The notes: generated from the letters alone by a model not told the origin. A stretch of 64,000 nucleotides of DNA from an uncultured bacterium (GCA_963777505.1 CAVZQN010000004.1:928001-992000); one strand, 5' to 3'. Positions 20,610 through 30,731 are shown, numbered from the stretch's first letter. Made by a program: numbers and translations.

Positions 20610-20803
20610 ATAAATTCGGCACACTTTGTTTTTTTTGTGCTGATTTCGGACTTGATTTTAGGACTAAAACTGAGTAGATTTGATATTGAAGATTTTGGCG
20701 AAATCTAGGGCAGGCTTTGAGGCCAAAACTCATGCGCTAGGTCGCACGAAGGTGCTAATGGTTTTGCCAAAATCTTTTTCTATTTTAGCCTTCATTATTT
20801 CTC

Positions 20804-21040
20804 ATGACCCGCAATAAGAAACCACTTCCTCCATCTCCTTTCGGAGATCTAGATGCTTTTGCTAATGACATGAATTTCGATTCAATCGAAGAAAAAATTC
20901 GCGGCGATGAACTTCTTCAGAACGAAAATCTAAAGAAAATAAAAGAAGAGCGAGATGTCAAAAAGAAAATAGACGAAATTGAAGTCGATAAACGATTGGC
21001 TGAACTGAAAAAGAAAATCAAGCCTAAGACTCAGCGCTGA
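20804..21040 (+). CDS. Small hypothetical charged coiled-coil protein
   Basis: 78-aa ORF filling the intergenic gap; ends EVDKRLAELKKKI, similar to PspA C-terminal tails. Confidence 0.5.
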   Translation: MTRNKKPLPPSPFGDLDAFANDMNFDSIEEKIRGDELLQNENLKKIKEERDVKKKIDEIEVDKRLAELKKKIKPKTQR

Positions 21041-21058
21041 GATCCAAAAACAGTGATC

Positions 21059-23323
21059 CTACTTGACCGTGAAGTAAACTATTTTTGATTCAGTACGATT
21101 ACCACCCCAATCTTCTCCTATTGCTCGAAATGAGTGACTTCCTTTTTTTAATGGTTTTTCTATTTTGAGAGTTGCAAGATTGCGATCCGGATCATAATCC
21201 GCTGGATAGGCGACGCCATCAACATAAAAAGAGATTTTGTCGTCATTTACATCCATTCCTGAATCGCGAATTTCTGCAGCAAGCTTTGGGGTGTCATTGC
21301 GGGTAGTACTATTTTTGCGCGGAAAGATTTGCTTGATAGTAGGGGCAACGTTGTCATACAAGAGTGCATATAAATCCAGATAGCCGATTTGAGTTTCAAC
21401 AGTCCGATTCGCAACATTCACTGTTGATGGAAGGCTTACCCATGATTGACCGAATCGGTTCCAGCGATAAATGCTCAAACGTTCGGGGTGTAAGGTTCGA
21501 TCAGGATAACTAAAACGGAGTGCGGAACTTTTTTTCAACGGCAACCCACGTGGGCCAAACTCAACCATTGGACCAACTAAATAAAGATACTTTGCCGTGT
21601 AAGCCGGAATTGTTTTAGACCATATAAATGAGTTCCGATAAAGACTGTCAGCCTGAAGAGTCAAGTCATAGTTTTCGCGCGCGATCCGTTTGAATTGCCC
21701 TGCAGTTGCATAGTCCACTGGTATTGTTGTTTGCGTTCCTCCATCTAGCGTTACAGTGATATAGGTTTCGTTTACAGGCGCAGGTAGAACTGCATGATAC
21801 GAAGTAAGATTCCAGGATTGCATCGGATAGATAACGGAGCTTGTGCTGGACTTAACTTGAAGTGGATATGTGATCAGTTCTGTTGTGTCATAAATAACTC
21901 GCAGCCCATTTCCATAAGGCGTAATTTTGAAATTTCCTTTTGGAATATTTGTTGTTGAAGGTATCGCAGGCGTTTGCGCCGAAGTTAGGGGGAATACGAC
22001 ATAGGGTGAATATTCAACGCCATCAAAACCTCGTGCTTTGATCAAAACGTTCGCATTCCCGATCGATGCGAGTGGAACTTTAGATAAAATTTGAACCTCA
22101 CCTGGTCCAGATGCAAGCTGAACTGAATTCATAGGAAACAGCACGAAGGTTTGTCCATTGTCCAGAGAATATTCAACTTCGCCAGCAAATCCGCTTGGCA
22201 TTTTCACTTTCCAATCAGGATCATCAATGATTGCACTGACGACTAAATCATTTGCATCTGTTGACACTTTTTTCAATTCAAAGGACGGAGGCTGATTCAC
22301 AATAAATTCCATCATTGCAGTCGAAACATTTTTCCCAGCATCTGTGGCCTGTAGTTCCATCCGATGAAGACCCGGAGTCAATGCTTCGACTGAAATAGCA
22401 GATCTGCGCACAAAAGGCGGTGATACTTCGATCGATGTAGTCATTATGATTGGAAGCTCATAATACGAAGGGCCCGGCTTTCCTTGATCATAAATGAGTC
22501 CGAAATATTCAGGCTCTGAATATGAAAACTGATCAAATTCAATTTGAGAAACAGACTTTCCATCGATTAATAAAGTCATGCGATGCGGAACACGACGGTA
22601 TGGCCGTAACGCAGAATCATAAACACTTACGGACATAAAGAAGTCGCCACGAACAATGGGAACATGATCTGATTTATAAATACCGGAGTTCCCTTCAAAC
22701 TTCACAGTGTGAGTTTCGAGTGCCCCATCCACAGCCGAAGTAGAATTCGCAGGATATAAGTAAGCAGCCTGGAAAGCGGGTGGCACCGGGTCTGTTTGAT
22801 CAATGAAACCATTAACGAGCGGGTTGATTGGTTTGTTTTCTTCGCGACGTAACTCAAGATGAAGATGCGGTAGGCCTGCTCCTGTTTCTCCGGAGTATGC
22901 GATTAGAGTGCCTTGTTGAACAGGCACAGGAGGTTCCAAAAAAATATCACCGACATAACGATTTCCAGTTTCAATAACACGTTGTTGATATTTCTGTTCC
23001 AACCCAAGGTCGGAAGAATAACCATCGAGATGCGCATACACAGAAACCATTCCATCGGAATGCCGGACGTAAATTGCTTTGCCGTATCCCCGTTTTTGTA
23101 CTTTTAAGCGGTAGATCTGCCCATCTGCTACAGCTAAAACCGGGAGACCTATATCGCCATTCGTGCTCAGGTCGATGCCGGCATGAAAGTGATCCCCGCG
23201 CGATTCACCAAAAGTGGCAGAAACGCCGAAGTTTTCTTTCAACGGCCAGCCATAAGTGAGAGAAAAGGCAGGAGTTGAACCAACCAACGCTAATAAAATG
23301 ATGACTAAAAACCAGGAAAACAT
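21059..23323 (-). CDS. M23 family metallopeptidase with long C-terminal Ig-like extension
   Basis: FGESRGDHFHAGIDL (HxxxD), YAHL, SGETG...PHLHLE (HxH); signal peptide. Confidence 0.85.
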   Translation of the reverse strand: MFSWFLVIILLALVGSTPAFSLTYGWPLKENFGVSATFGESRGDHFHAGIDLSTNGDIGLPVLAVADGQIYRLKVQKRGYGKAIYVRHSDGMVSVYAHLDGYSSDLGLEQKYQQRVIETGNRYVGDIFLEPPVPVQQGTLIAYSGETGAGLPHLHLELRREENKPINPLVNGFIDQTDPVPPAFQAAYLYPANSTSAVDGALETHTVKFEGNSGIYKSDHVPIVRGDFFMSVSVYDSALRPYRRVPHRMTLLIDGKSVSQIEFDQFSYSEPEYFGLIYDQGKPGPSYYELPIIMTTSIEVSPPFVRRSAISVEALTPGLHRMELQATDAGKNVSTAMMEFIVNQPPSFELKKVSTDANDLVVSAIIDDPDWKVKMPSGFAGEVEYSLDNGQTFVLFPMNSVQLASGPGEVQILSKVPLASIGNANVLIKARGFDGVEYSPYVVFPLTSAQTPAIPSTTNIPKGNFKITPYGNGLRVIYDTTELITYPLQVKSSTSSVIYPMQSWNLTSYHAVLPAPVNETYITVTLDGGTQTTIPVDYATAGQFKRIARENYDLTLQADSLYRNSFIWSKTIPAYTAKYLYLVGPMVEFGPRGLPLKKSSALRFSYPDRTLHPERLSIYRWNRFGQSWVSLPSTVNVANRTVETQIGYLDLYALLYDNVAPTIKQIFPRKNSTTRNDTPKLAAEIRDSGMDVNDDKISFYVDGVAYPADYDPDRNLATLKIEKPLKKGSHSFRAIGEDWGGNRTESKIVYFTVK

Positions 23324-23438
23324 CGTCTCCGGTGCGGCGTAAAAAAGATTATATCAGAATAAAGATGTTATAACCTGTCTTTCCGAGGCTCAATATCGCT
23401 GTTTGACGTCTGATTGGCAATAGTACTAACATTGTCGT

Positions 23439-23918
23439 ATGCAAATAGTCCCTCAGGGCAATGCTCGCCTTCAATTTGTCATTTTTCAGGTGGGTGTCCA
23501 GATATTTGGGGTTGAGATCAAGCGGGTCAAAGAAATCCAACGCTATCGTGAAATCACTCCATTGCCGAAAGCTCCAGCCTTTCTCGAGGGAGTAATCGAA
23601 GTTCGCGGGACTCTCGTTCCTGTAGTTGATTTACGGAAGCGTTTTGAGATTTCAGACTTTAAGAATGACGCGCGAACGCGAATCATTATTCTGCGCTCAA
23701 TCGGGCGAAGGATTGGTATTGTTGTGGACTCTGTACACCGGGTCTTACCAATTCCGCTGAGCGATATTAAAGCACCACCAGCAATCGCTCATGCTCATGA
23801 TTCAAACCCGATCATGGCAGTAGCGAAACACAAAAACGAATTGTATGTCATACTCGATCTGGATCACATACTCTCTTCTGCCGAAAAGTTGACCCTATCT
23901 AAAGTTAAACTTGCTTAG
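23439..23918 (+). CDS. cheW: CheW-like chemotaxis coupling protein
   Basis: VKEI...ITPLPKAP.FLEGVI.VRG.LVPVVDL.KRF...GIVVDSV motif. Confidence 0.85.
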   Translation: MQIVPQGNARLQFVIFQVGVQIFGVEIKRVKEIQRYREITPLPKAPAFLEGVIEVRGTLVPVVDLRKRFEISDFKNDARTRIIILRSIGRRIGIVVDSVHRVLPIPLSDIKAPPAIAHAHDSNPIMAVAKHKNELYVILDLDHILSSAEKLTLSKVKLA

Positions 23919-23964
23919 CTATTTGTTCATTGTGACCATTGTGTCTTTGTGGTGAAATTCCTAT

Positions 23965-24684
23965 ATGTATCTTTACGTAGCGGCTGACACTCCATTTCAA
24001 AAGCTGCATCCGCTCACCAAACTTGCATTACTTCTATTGATGATTGCGTTGCCGTTTTTTGCTCCGGGATTGATCGGCATTGTCATTGTCTTTTTTGTCT
24101 ATCTTGGCTTGCTAATTTGGGCAGGCGGTCTAAGAAATCTAAAAAAGATGACAAAGTTGATGATTTTGTTCTGGATTTTTACATTCTTAATCTGGATCAT
24201 CATTCCTTATCTTCGCAAAGCTCCATGGAGTCTTGAGAGCTCCGCAATTCTGGCGACACGGATTGTTACGTTCGTTCTAGCGGCACTTGTGTTTGTCACA
24301 ATCACACGGATCGAAGAATTTACGTATGCTCTGACCCGTCTTGGGGTTCCGTATAAGGGTGCTTTTGCGTTATCTCTGGGCTTTCGACTTGTCCCTTTGT
24401 TTTATCAAAATCTTCAGACCATCGTTGAAGCACAAAAGTCGCGAGGGGTTGATCTTGATAATGCAGGATTGATTCGCAAAGCGGGGCTGTACTTGCCTGT
24501 AATCAGCATTTTGATTTCCTATGGTTTGCGCAATGCAGACATTATGGCGATGGCACTTGAAGCAAAAGGATTTGGATACTCAAAAGACCGGACATACCTG
24601 CTTCAGCCCAGGTTTAACATGACTGATGCTGCAACGCTGTTGGTCGCAGCCGGCATAGTCGTTGCTCTTTCCCTGTTACACTGA
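23965..24684 (+). CDS. ECF transporter T component (EcfT/CbiQ)
   Basis: LHPLTKL, RLVP...EAQKSRG, AMALEAKGF coupling-helix motifs. Confidence 0.85.
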   Translation: MYLYVAADTPFQKLHPLTKLALLLLMIALPFFAPGLIGIVIVFFVYLGLLIWAGGLRNLKKMTKLMILFWIFTFLIWIIIPYLRKAPWSLESSAILATRIVTFVLAALVFVTITRIEEFTYALTRLGVPYKGAFALSLGFRLVPLFYQNLQTIVEAQKSRGVDLDNAGLIRKAGLYLPVISILISYGLRNADIMAMALEAKGFGYSKDRTYLLQPRFNMTDAATLLVAAGIVVALSLLH

Positions 24685-24688
24685 ATTC

Positions 24689-26014
24689 ATGGAGTTTCCG
24701 ATTTGTTTATCAGTGTATGGGGATACGCAATCAGTTTCCGAAGTTTTGCAAAAGCAGACAGATGCGGATCTATTTGAAATTCGTCTGGATTTAAGCGAAA
24801 AATTGAATTTCGAATCCGTCCGTGCTGCAACTTCCAGGCCTCTTATTTTTGCTTCACATACAAAACCTGAATTGCTTAAGGATGCGATTGCTTTTGCTGA
24901 CTATTTGGACGTCGGCTCATACACTCTTGAAGCTGGACCTTCCGCACAGAAAACGATTGTTTCTTTTCATGGTGACGAGGAAGATCCCTTTCTGATTTGG
25001 GATAAGTTACGCGGAAATTCAATCACAAAAATTGTTTTAGAAACTTCAGATTATAAGAAAATTTCAAACCTGCTTGAGTTGAATCAAAAATCCCGCGGTG
25101 ACGCGATCTGTTTTGCGATGGGTGAAATCGGAGCTTTCAGCCGCATACTTTCTGTATTCAGAGGCGCACCCTGGATTTATGCTTCACTTCCTGGACAGCC
25201 AACAGCGGCCGGACAATTTACGATTGATGAGCTAATCCATACATATAACGTAAAGCGCTTTTCTACTGACCCAGTGACATTCGGTATCCTTGGAAATCCA
25301 GTGGCACACAGTCATTCTCCTGCGTTCCATAACCGGAAGTTCGCTGAAAATAATCTTCCATGGATATATCTTCGTTTTCCTTGCACCGACTTGATGTCGT
25401 TGATGTCACACACTGCACAATTTGGAATCAAGGGCTTGAGTGTGACTCATCCTTTTAAAGAAGAGTGTATTAGTTATCTGCAATCAAAATCGAAAGAAGT
25501 TGAACTCCTTCGTTCTTGCAATACACTCTACAAAAAAAATGAAGGGTGGGTTGGAATTAATACGGATGTAGTGGGCTTTGAAGAATTGCTTAGAAAAAAC
25601 AGTCTCAGTCTTCAAGGCTTGCGAGTTGCAATTCTTGGCGCGGGTGGAGCCGCCCGTGCTGCCGCTTATATCGCGTTGAAAGATGGAGCTCAATTAATTT
25701 TCTTAAATAGAACTCAGTCAAAGGCAGAAACTCTTGCAACTATTTTTAATGGCACGGCCATTCCACTTTCTGAATTTTCATCACTGGAATACGATGTTTT
25801 AGTTCAGTCGACGCCTGTCGGCATGCAAAATGATGAGTGTCCAGTGAATCCTGAAAGCCTTCGCCCTCGAACCACCGTCATCGATGTCATCTACGAACCG
25901 AGCGAAACTCTTTTATTAAGAAAAGCTCGAGCCCTCGGTTGTAGAACGATTAATGGAGAACAGTGGTTTTTGTCGCAAGCGGAAGCACAATTGAGATGGT
26001 GGATGGAGCAATAA
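24689..26014 (+). CDS. aroE: Bifunctional type I 3-dehydroquinate dehydratase / shikimate dehydrogenase
   Basis: EIRLD, IVSFH, TKIV, AMGEIG..SR (AroD); GNPVAHSHSP, SVTHPFK, NTD, GAGGAA, NRT..KA (AroE). Confidence 0.85.
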   Translation: MEFPICLSVYGDTQSVSEVLQKQTDADLFEIRLDLSEKLNFESVRAATSRPLIFASHTKPELLKDAIAFADYLDVGSYTLEAGPSAQKTIVSFHGDEEDPFLIWDKLRGNSITKIVLETSDYKKISNLLELNQKSRGDAICFAMGEIGAFSRILSVFRGAPWIYASLPGQPTAAGQFTIDELIHTYNVKRFSTDPVTFGILGNPVAHSHSPAFHNRKFAENNLPWIYLRFPCTDLMSLMSHTAQFGIKGLSVTHPFKEECISYLQSKSKEVELLRSCNTLYKKNEGWVGINTDVVGFEELLRKNSLSLQGLRVAILGAGGAARAAAYIALKDGAQLIFLNRTQSKAETLATIFNGTAIPLSEFSSLEYDVLVQSTPVGMQNDECPVNPESLRPRTTVIDVIYEPSETLLLRKARALGCRTINGEQWFLSQAEAQLRWWMEQ

Positions 26015-26081
26015 GGGACCGCGGACGAAGGGACCGCGGACCTCTGGTCCGCATCAGGGACCGCAGGCGTCTCGCCTGCAT
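26014..26081 (-). repeat. REP cluster left of the RAYT gene (about 3 units, inverted relative to the right cluster)
   Basis: The reverse complement of atcagggaccgcaggcgtctcgcctgca matches the right-hand unit exactly. Confidence 0.85.
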
Positions 26082-26159
26082 TTGCTCGTTTATTTTCTGC
26101 TTCCAATCCTTTCTGTATTTATGCTACAACTATCAGAAAGGCGGGAAGGAGCATGCTTT

Positions 26160-26855
26160 ATGGATTCCCGCACTCGCGGTTACTTACCTCATCTAGAAGT
26201 TTCCAAAGGAACGTATTTTCTTACCTTTCGATTAGACGATAGTCTTCCAATATCTTTACTTCAAAAATGGAAGGCCGAATTAATTTCTAAACAATCTCAT
26301 CAACAGCAGACTTACAGACCTGCAGATGAATATGAAAAAAAGATTCAATCATATTTAGACACCAATTCAGGAAATTGTTGGCTTCAAAATCCAGATATTG
26401 CTGATCTTGTTGCCAATGCCCTACGATACTTTGATGGCGCACGGTATGTTCTTCATGCTTGGACGATTATGCCAAATCACGTGCATGTCCTGTTTACTTT
26501 AATAGAACCGTATAAGCTGCCATCAATAATTCATAGTTGGAAAAGCTTTACTGCACATAAAGCCAATCATTTTCTGAAGCGAACGGGACGTTTCTGGCAA
26601 CCTGAATACTTCGATCGCTCCGTAAAGACTTCACGACAGTTTGAGTATTGCGTTCGATACATTCTTAACAATCCTGTCAAAGCAGGTTTATGTAACGAGT
26701 TTTATCAATGGCCCTGGTCAAAAACATCGATTGAATTGGAGGGTATGGTAAATCGATTTTTTAGATTCCAGGAAGGTGGAGAAGAGGGTGGGATCCTTGA
26801 TGCAGACGGGACGTCTGCGGTCCCTGATGCAGGCGAAGACGCCTGCGGTCCCTGA
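26160..26855 (+). mobile_element. REP-associated tyrosine transposase (RAYT, IS200/IS605 Y1 HUH family)
   Basis: RGYLPH, YFLTFRL, IMPNHVH (HUH), WKSFTA, FWQ.EYFDR, YILNNPVKAGL, WPWS; AAGGAG RBS; flanked by inverted REP clusters. Confidence 0.9.
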
Positions 26856-26900
26856 TGCAGGCGAGACGCCTGCGGTCCCTGATGCGGACAGGTCACGTCT
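26799..26900 (+). repeat. REP cluster right of the RAYT gene (three 27-28 bp palindromic units plus a partial one)
   Basis: gatgcagacgggacgtctgcggtccct / gatgcaggcgaagacgcctgcggtccct / gatgcaggcgagacgcctgcggtccct. Confidence 0.85.
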
Positions 26901-26938
26901 CTATCATGATCCAGAATCTTGTGATGAAATAAGGTTCG

Positions 26939-28090
26939 ATGAATTCGGCCAGGCGCACGTTTTTGCGATATGTAGCACTTTCTCCGTTTGCGGGTTATTT
27001 CACCCTGCCGGAACTATTTGCAGAATCACAGCTCATTTCACCTGATGATGCTTTGAATGTCTTTCAATTCGAGCAGGCGATTCAAAAGAAGCTTCCAAAA
27101 GATGTTTACGAATTTATTTCAGGCGGCGCCGATGATCAAAAAACAATCCAGGCAAACCTTAACGCTTTTGACTCCGTTCAAATCCGGGCACGCCGTCTGA
27201 TAGATGTTTCCAAAATTGACACTCAGATTGAGCTGCTGGGTCAAACGATGGAAACGCCAATTCTGATTGCGCCGGTTGGATTTCAGAAAGCATTTCACAC
27301 AGAGGGAGAATTGGCAGTTGCGCGTGCCGCTGCCTCGAAGAAACATTCAATGATTGTTTCGACAGTTTCAAGTTACTCAGTCGAAGAAGTTTGCCGCGAG
27401 CATCCGTCAAAAGTTTGGTTTCAGCTATATCCGACATCGAATCGCGATGTTGCACGCACACTTCTTCAGCGCGCTGAATCCGCGGGTTGTCCAGCTGTCG
27501 CATTAACTGTTGATACTCCTGTACTCGGAAATAGAGAAAATCAGGCAGGATTTTTAAACAAAGTTTTGCAGTCAGATCAAGGATATTTAGGAAACTTCAA
27601 AGATATTGATCTGCGGAATGCGCTCTCCGATCCCTCAATGACATGGGACACGATTTCCTGGATGAAAGCGAACACAAAAATGAAGATTGTAATTAAAGGA
27701 ATCGTAACCGGTGAAGATGCAAGATTGTGTGTAGAGAATGGAGCAGATGCAATTATTGTTTCGAATCATGGAGGTAGACAGGAAGAGAGCAATCGCGGAA
27801 CTCTGGAATGTCTTCCTGAAGTTGTTGAGGGTGCGCAAGGAAAAATTCCTGTCTTGATCGATGGAGGATTCCGTCGAGGAACAGACATTTTTAAAGCACT
27901 CGCCATGGGTGCGAAAGCTATCTGCATTGGTAGGCCTTATGTTTGGGGATTAGGAGCATTTGGACAGCCTGGTGTAGAAAAAGTCCTGGATTTGTTACGA
28001 GCAGAATTGGTTCGAATTATGAGGCTTGCCGGGACACCTTCGATCGGCAGTATTACACCGAAGCATGTAACTGTGAACCTTTGTGATTAG
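26939..28090 (+). CDS. FMN-dependent alpha-hydroxy acid oxidase/dehydrogenase with Tat signal peptide
   Basis: SARRTFL twin-arginine motif; WFQLY, LTVDTP, IKGI, SNHGGRQ, DGGFRRGTD, IGRPY. Confidence 0.88.
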   Translation: MNSARRTFLRYVALSPFAGYFTLPELFAESQLISPDDALNVFQFEQAIQKKLPKDVYEFISGGADDQKTIQANLNAFDSVQIRARRLIDVSKIDTQIELLGQTMETPILIAPVGFQKAFHTEGELAVARAAASKKHSMIVSTVSSYSVEEVCREHPSKVWFQLYPTSNRDVARTLLQRAESAGCPAVALTVDTPVLGNRENQAGFLNKVLQSDQGYLGNFKDIDLRNALSDPSMTWDTISWMKANTKMKIVIKGIVTGEDARLCVENGADAIIVSNHGGRQEESNRGTLECLPEVVEGAQGKIPVLIDGGFRRGTDIFKALAMGAKAICIGRPYVWGLGAFGQPGVEKVLDLLRAELVRIMRLAGTPSIGSITPKHVTVNLCD

Positions 28091-28146
28091 GCGGATAGGC
28101 GAAGAGCAGAGGGGCGGAAGGAGCGAAGGGGCAGAGGGCGGAGGAG
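28089..28146 (+). repeat. Degenerate GCAGAGGG/GCGGAAGG ~8-mer tandem array
   Basis: aggcggataggcgaagagcagaggggcggaaggagcgaaggggcagagggcggaggag, lying between genes. Confidence 0.55.
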
Positions 28147-28166
28147 ACGCATGTTACACTAACGCA

Positions 28167-28913
28167 ATGAATTGGCTGTCACTTGCATGCGCTTTGTTAG
28201 CTGCATCCGCAACTGTTTTAGGTGGATCGCTCATTCTTGTGAAGCGCCGCTTCGATGAACATTTCTTAAAGTATTCGATTGCCTTCGGAGCCGGATTCAT
28301 GTTGGGAGCTTCTGCACTTGCGATGCTTCCAGAGAGCTTCAAAGTCAATCCGCGAGCACCATTATGGTTTCTAGCAGGTTATCTTACGATTCATTTTTTT
28401 GAGCATACAATCATTTCACATTTTCATTTTGGCGAAGAAACCCATTCAGATGCTGTCGTAAATCCGATTGTTGGTTATACATCCATGTTCGGTCTGAGCA
28501 TTCATAATATCTTTGATGGAATTTCAATTGGGTCAGGCTTTTTAATCTCACCTATTTTAGGTCTTTTGATTTTTGGCGCTGTTGTTCTTCATAAAGTTCC
28601 GGATGGATTTACGATTGCTTCCATTATGCTTGCAAGCGGGCGGACACCACGGAAAGCATTTTATGCTTCTGCAATTTTGGGGCTGAGTACTCTCGCGGGT
28701 GCGGTCGTAATCGGGTTATTCAAGACTGCCGTTTCAGCAGCTCTTCCGTTTTCGGCTGGCGTAACTTTCTATATTGCGGCAACCGATCTGCTGCCCGTGA
28801 TCAATGAACATAAGCGTCTGAGATATTCTTTTGCTTTTTTTGCCGGGATTCTTGTGTTTTATTTAAGTGAATTATTGTTGTCTTCTTTTTATCGCGGAGC
28901 CGCTAAGATATAG
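28167..28913 (+). CDS. ZIP family metal transporter
   Basis: FGAGFML, His-rich loop HFHFGEETH, HNIFDG, LHKVPDG. Confidence 0.85.
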   Translation: MNWLSLACALLAASATVLGGSLILVKRRFDEHFLKYSIAFGAGFMLGASALAMLPESFKVNPRAPLWFLAGYLTIHFFEHTIISHFHFGEETHSDAVVNPIVGYTSMFGLSIHNIFDGISIGSGFLISPILGLLIFGAVVLHKVPDGFTIASIMLASGRTPRKAFYASAILGLSTLAGAVVIGLFKTAVSAALPFSAGVTFYIAATDLLPVINEHKRLRYSFAFFAGILVFYLSELLLSSFYRGAAKI

Positions 28914-29704
28914 AAACTCCGTGCGGGAACAGATTGCTTCCAATGTAAGAAGGAGTATGCGACATAACCTTTGTCAAAATAATTTGTAAAAACGTCGCGT
29001 GTCTTAAACCGCCACCGCAAAGCCTCATCCGGTAATTTCATTTTTAACTGCTGCATATTCTCCGGAATTTCTAAAAACAGGAATGGTTCCTTGCAATCAA
29101 GATCTACGTCTTGAATACGCAGAAATCCATCATCGCCGCGCACAACACGTGTGACTAATTCAGGCTGTTGTGGAAGCGTGTTCCAATTTTCATCCTTATT
29201 GAATGGCGGAATCTGCCAATGGGCTATGAGTCTATCTGTGGGACTTCCACTGTGGAGCGGACTGGATGTTTCTCCATAGATATTGATTTCATACTCTTTT
29301 GCAATACAACCAAGTTTACGCAAATTGAAATGTGCATTCCGGCTCTCAAGCGGATCATAAGTCCATTCAATCACCTCATATCCTTTTTCCTGGGACATGG
29401 AGTATTGAGCTTTCTTCAATTTATAACCAATATCAGAATTTTGATAAGCAGGATAAACCGCAAGCATGTGGGACCATTGAACCTTTTGGCCTTTATGTGT
29501 TCCAGGCAACCCATACACGAATCCAATCATTTCATCTTTGTTAAAAGCGCCAAGGACAACACCATCGTTGCGCGCCGAAATCATAAGCAACGGCAGCGGA
29601 ACGATGTCATAAGGATCGTCAAATCCCCAAATAACTCTTTGGAGTTGCACACAATCCTGGAAATCTTTTAAGGTTGTTAGCTCTCGAATTTGTATGTCCA
29701 TCAA
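28889..29704 (-). CDS. GNAT family N-acyltransferase
   Basis: WSHMLAV...IGYKLK..Q, WTYDPLESRNAHFN..KLG, N.YG...L..G.PTDR motifs. Confidence 0.8.
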   Translation of the reverse strand: MMDIQIRELTTLKDFQDCVQLQRVIWGFDDPYDIVPLPLLMISARNDGVVLGAFNKDEMIGFVYGLPGTHKGQKVQWSHMLAVYPAYQNSDIGYKLKKAQYSMSQEKGYEVIEWTYDPLESRNAHFNLRKLGCIAKEYEINIYGETSSPLHSGSPTDRLIAHWQIPPFNKDENWNTLPQQPELVTRVVRGDDGFLRIQDVDLDCKEPFLFLEIPENMQQLKMKLPDEALRWRFKTRDVFTNYFDKGYVAYSFLHWKQSVPARSFYILAAPR

Positions 29705-29724
29705 TCCATTAATCCTTTAAATTA

Positions 29725-29775
29725 GCAGTCGAGACGCCTGCGGTCCCTAATGCGGACGAGACGTCCGCGCTCCCT
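29725..29775 (+). repeat. Two REP-like units of the RAYT-associated family
   Basis: gcagtcgagacgcctgcggtccct aa tgcggacgagacgtccgcgctccct. Confidence 0.8.
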
Positions 29776-30731
29776 TAAGAGCGTATAAAACGGCTTTCCA
29801 GAATGTTACCTCTATCATCCATCTTAATACGCAACACAAAAGGTTTTCTCAATTTCAGAACTTTGAGTGCCTTGAAGCGCATATGAAATCTCAGATCCGT
29901 AAATTCTACTATATGAAACCTTCCTTCAATACGCTCAGTAACGGTTGGGTATCTTGCAAACCAGTAAAACAAAATGCCAAGTTCAGATTCTCGTGCTTTT
30001 TGTTCGAAAAGTGAACCATTGGTTTTGTTAAATACTTGAAATGAGTCTTGAGGCTTCTTAAAACTCCAGAATCGTGACTGGTAATAATGCGTATCATTGT
30101 CAATAATTCCTGACCACCAGAGAGGCAATCCAAATTGTGGCATAGCGGCGGCTGAACGATATGAAATTCTTTGTTCATCTGCACTTTGTTTCAAATTGTG
30201 CAGTGCCAGTGTGTGATTCATTGCACAAAAAATAACGTAGGTAGCAGCCGCTGCGATTCCGATTGCTGCCCGGCGTCGGGCAAAATCAACATTCTGTCGC
30301 GCAAAAAAGACCGCGAGTAGAAGGATCAAGCTGAAAAAAACATCAATAACGAAGACCCAATCAAAGTAGTACCGCGTTTTGCTGAATGGATATAGAACCA
30401 TCGTTCCATAGGATGTAAACAAGTCGAGGAGTTGATGGCTCAAAAGAGCAACCCAGCAGGCGCAGATCCACGGAAAGTAACGGCGTTCGCGATCGAATCG
30501 TCCAAAGACTGTTCCGGTCAGGATTCCCAGAAATAAAATTCCAGCGAAAGAATGGGTAACACCGCGATGTTGTTCGAGATACGTAGCAATCCCATTAAGC
30601 CTGTAAACGATGTCAAGATCAGGCATCATTGCTGTGCCCGCCATGACCCAACGTGCGCGCCGGCCCAGATGCTGCGCAAATCCTGCTTCAGCAATCAATG
30701 CTCCAGCAAAACTGTGCGTCAGAGAGTCCAT
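29775..30731 (-). CDS. Metal-dependent membrane hydrolase (YdjM-like)
   Basis: MDSLTH, PDLD, HRGVTHS, SHQLLD..TSYGT motifs. Confidence 0.85.
   Translation of the reverse strand: MDSLTHSFAGALIAEAGFAQHLGRRARWVMAGTAMMPDLDIVYRLNGIATYLEQHRGVTHSFAGILFLGILTGTVFGRFDRERRYFPWICACWVALLSHQLLDLFTSYGTMVLYPFSKTRYYFDWVFVIDVFFSLILLLAVFFARQNVDFARRRAAIGIAAAATYVIFCAMNHTLALHNLKQSADEQRISYRSAAAMPQFGLPLWWSGIIDNDTHYYQSRFWSFKKPQDSFQVFNKTNGSLFEQKARESELGILFYWFARYPTVTERIEGRFHIVEFTDLRFHMRFKALKVLKLRKPFVLRIKMDDRGNILESRFIRS

Noticed and set aside
26799-26900. 27-28 bp palindromic repeats as a CRISPR array
   Set aside because: Units abut with no unique spacers, no cas genes are present, and they flank a RAYT; they are REPs.
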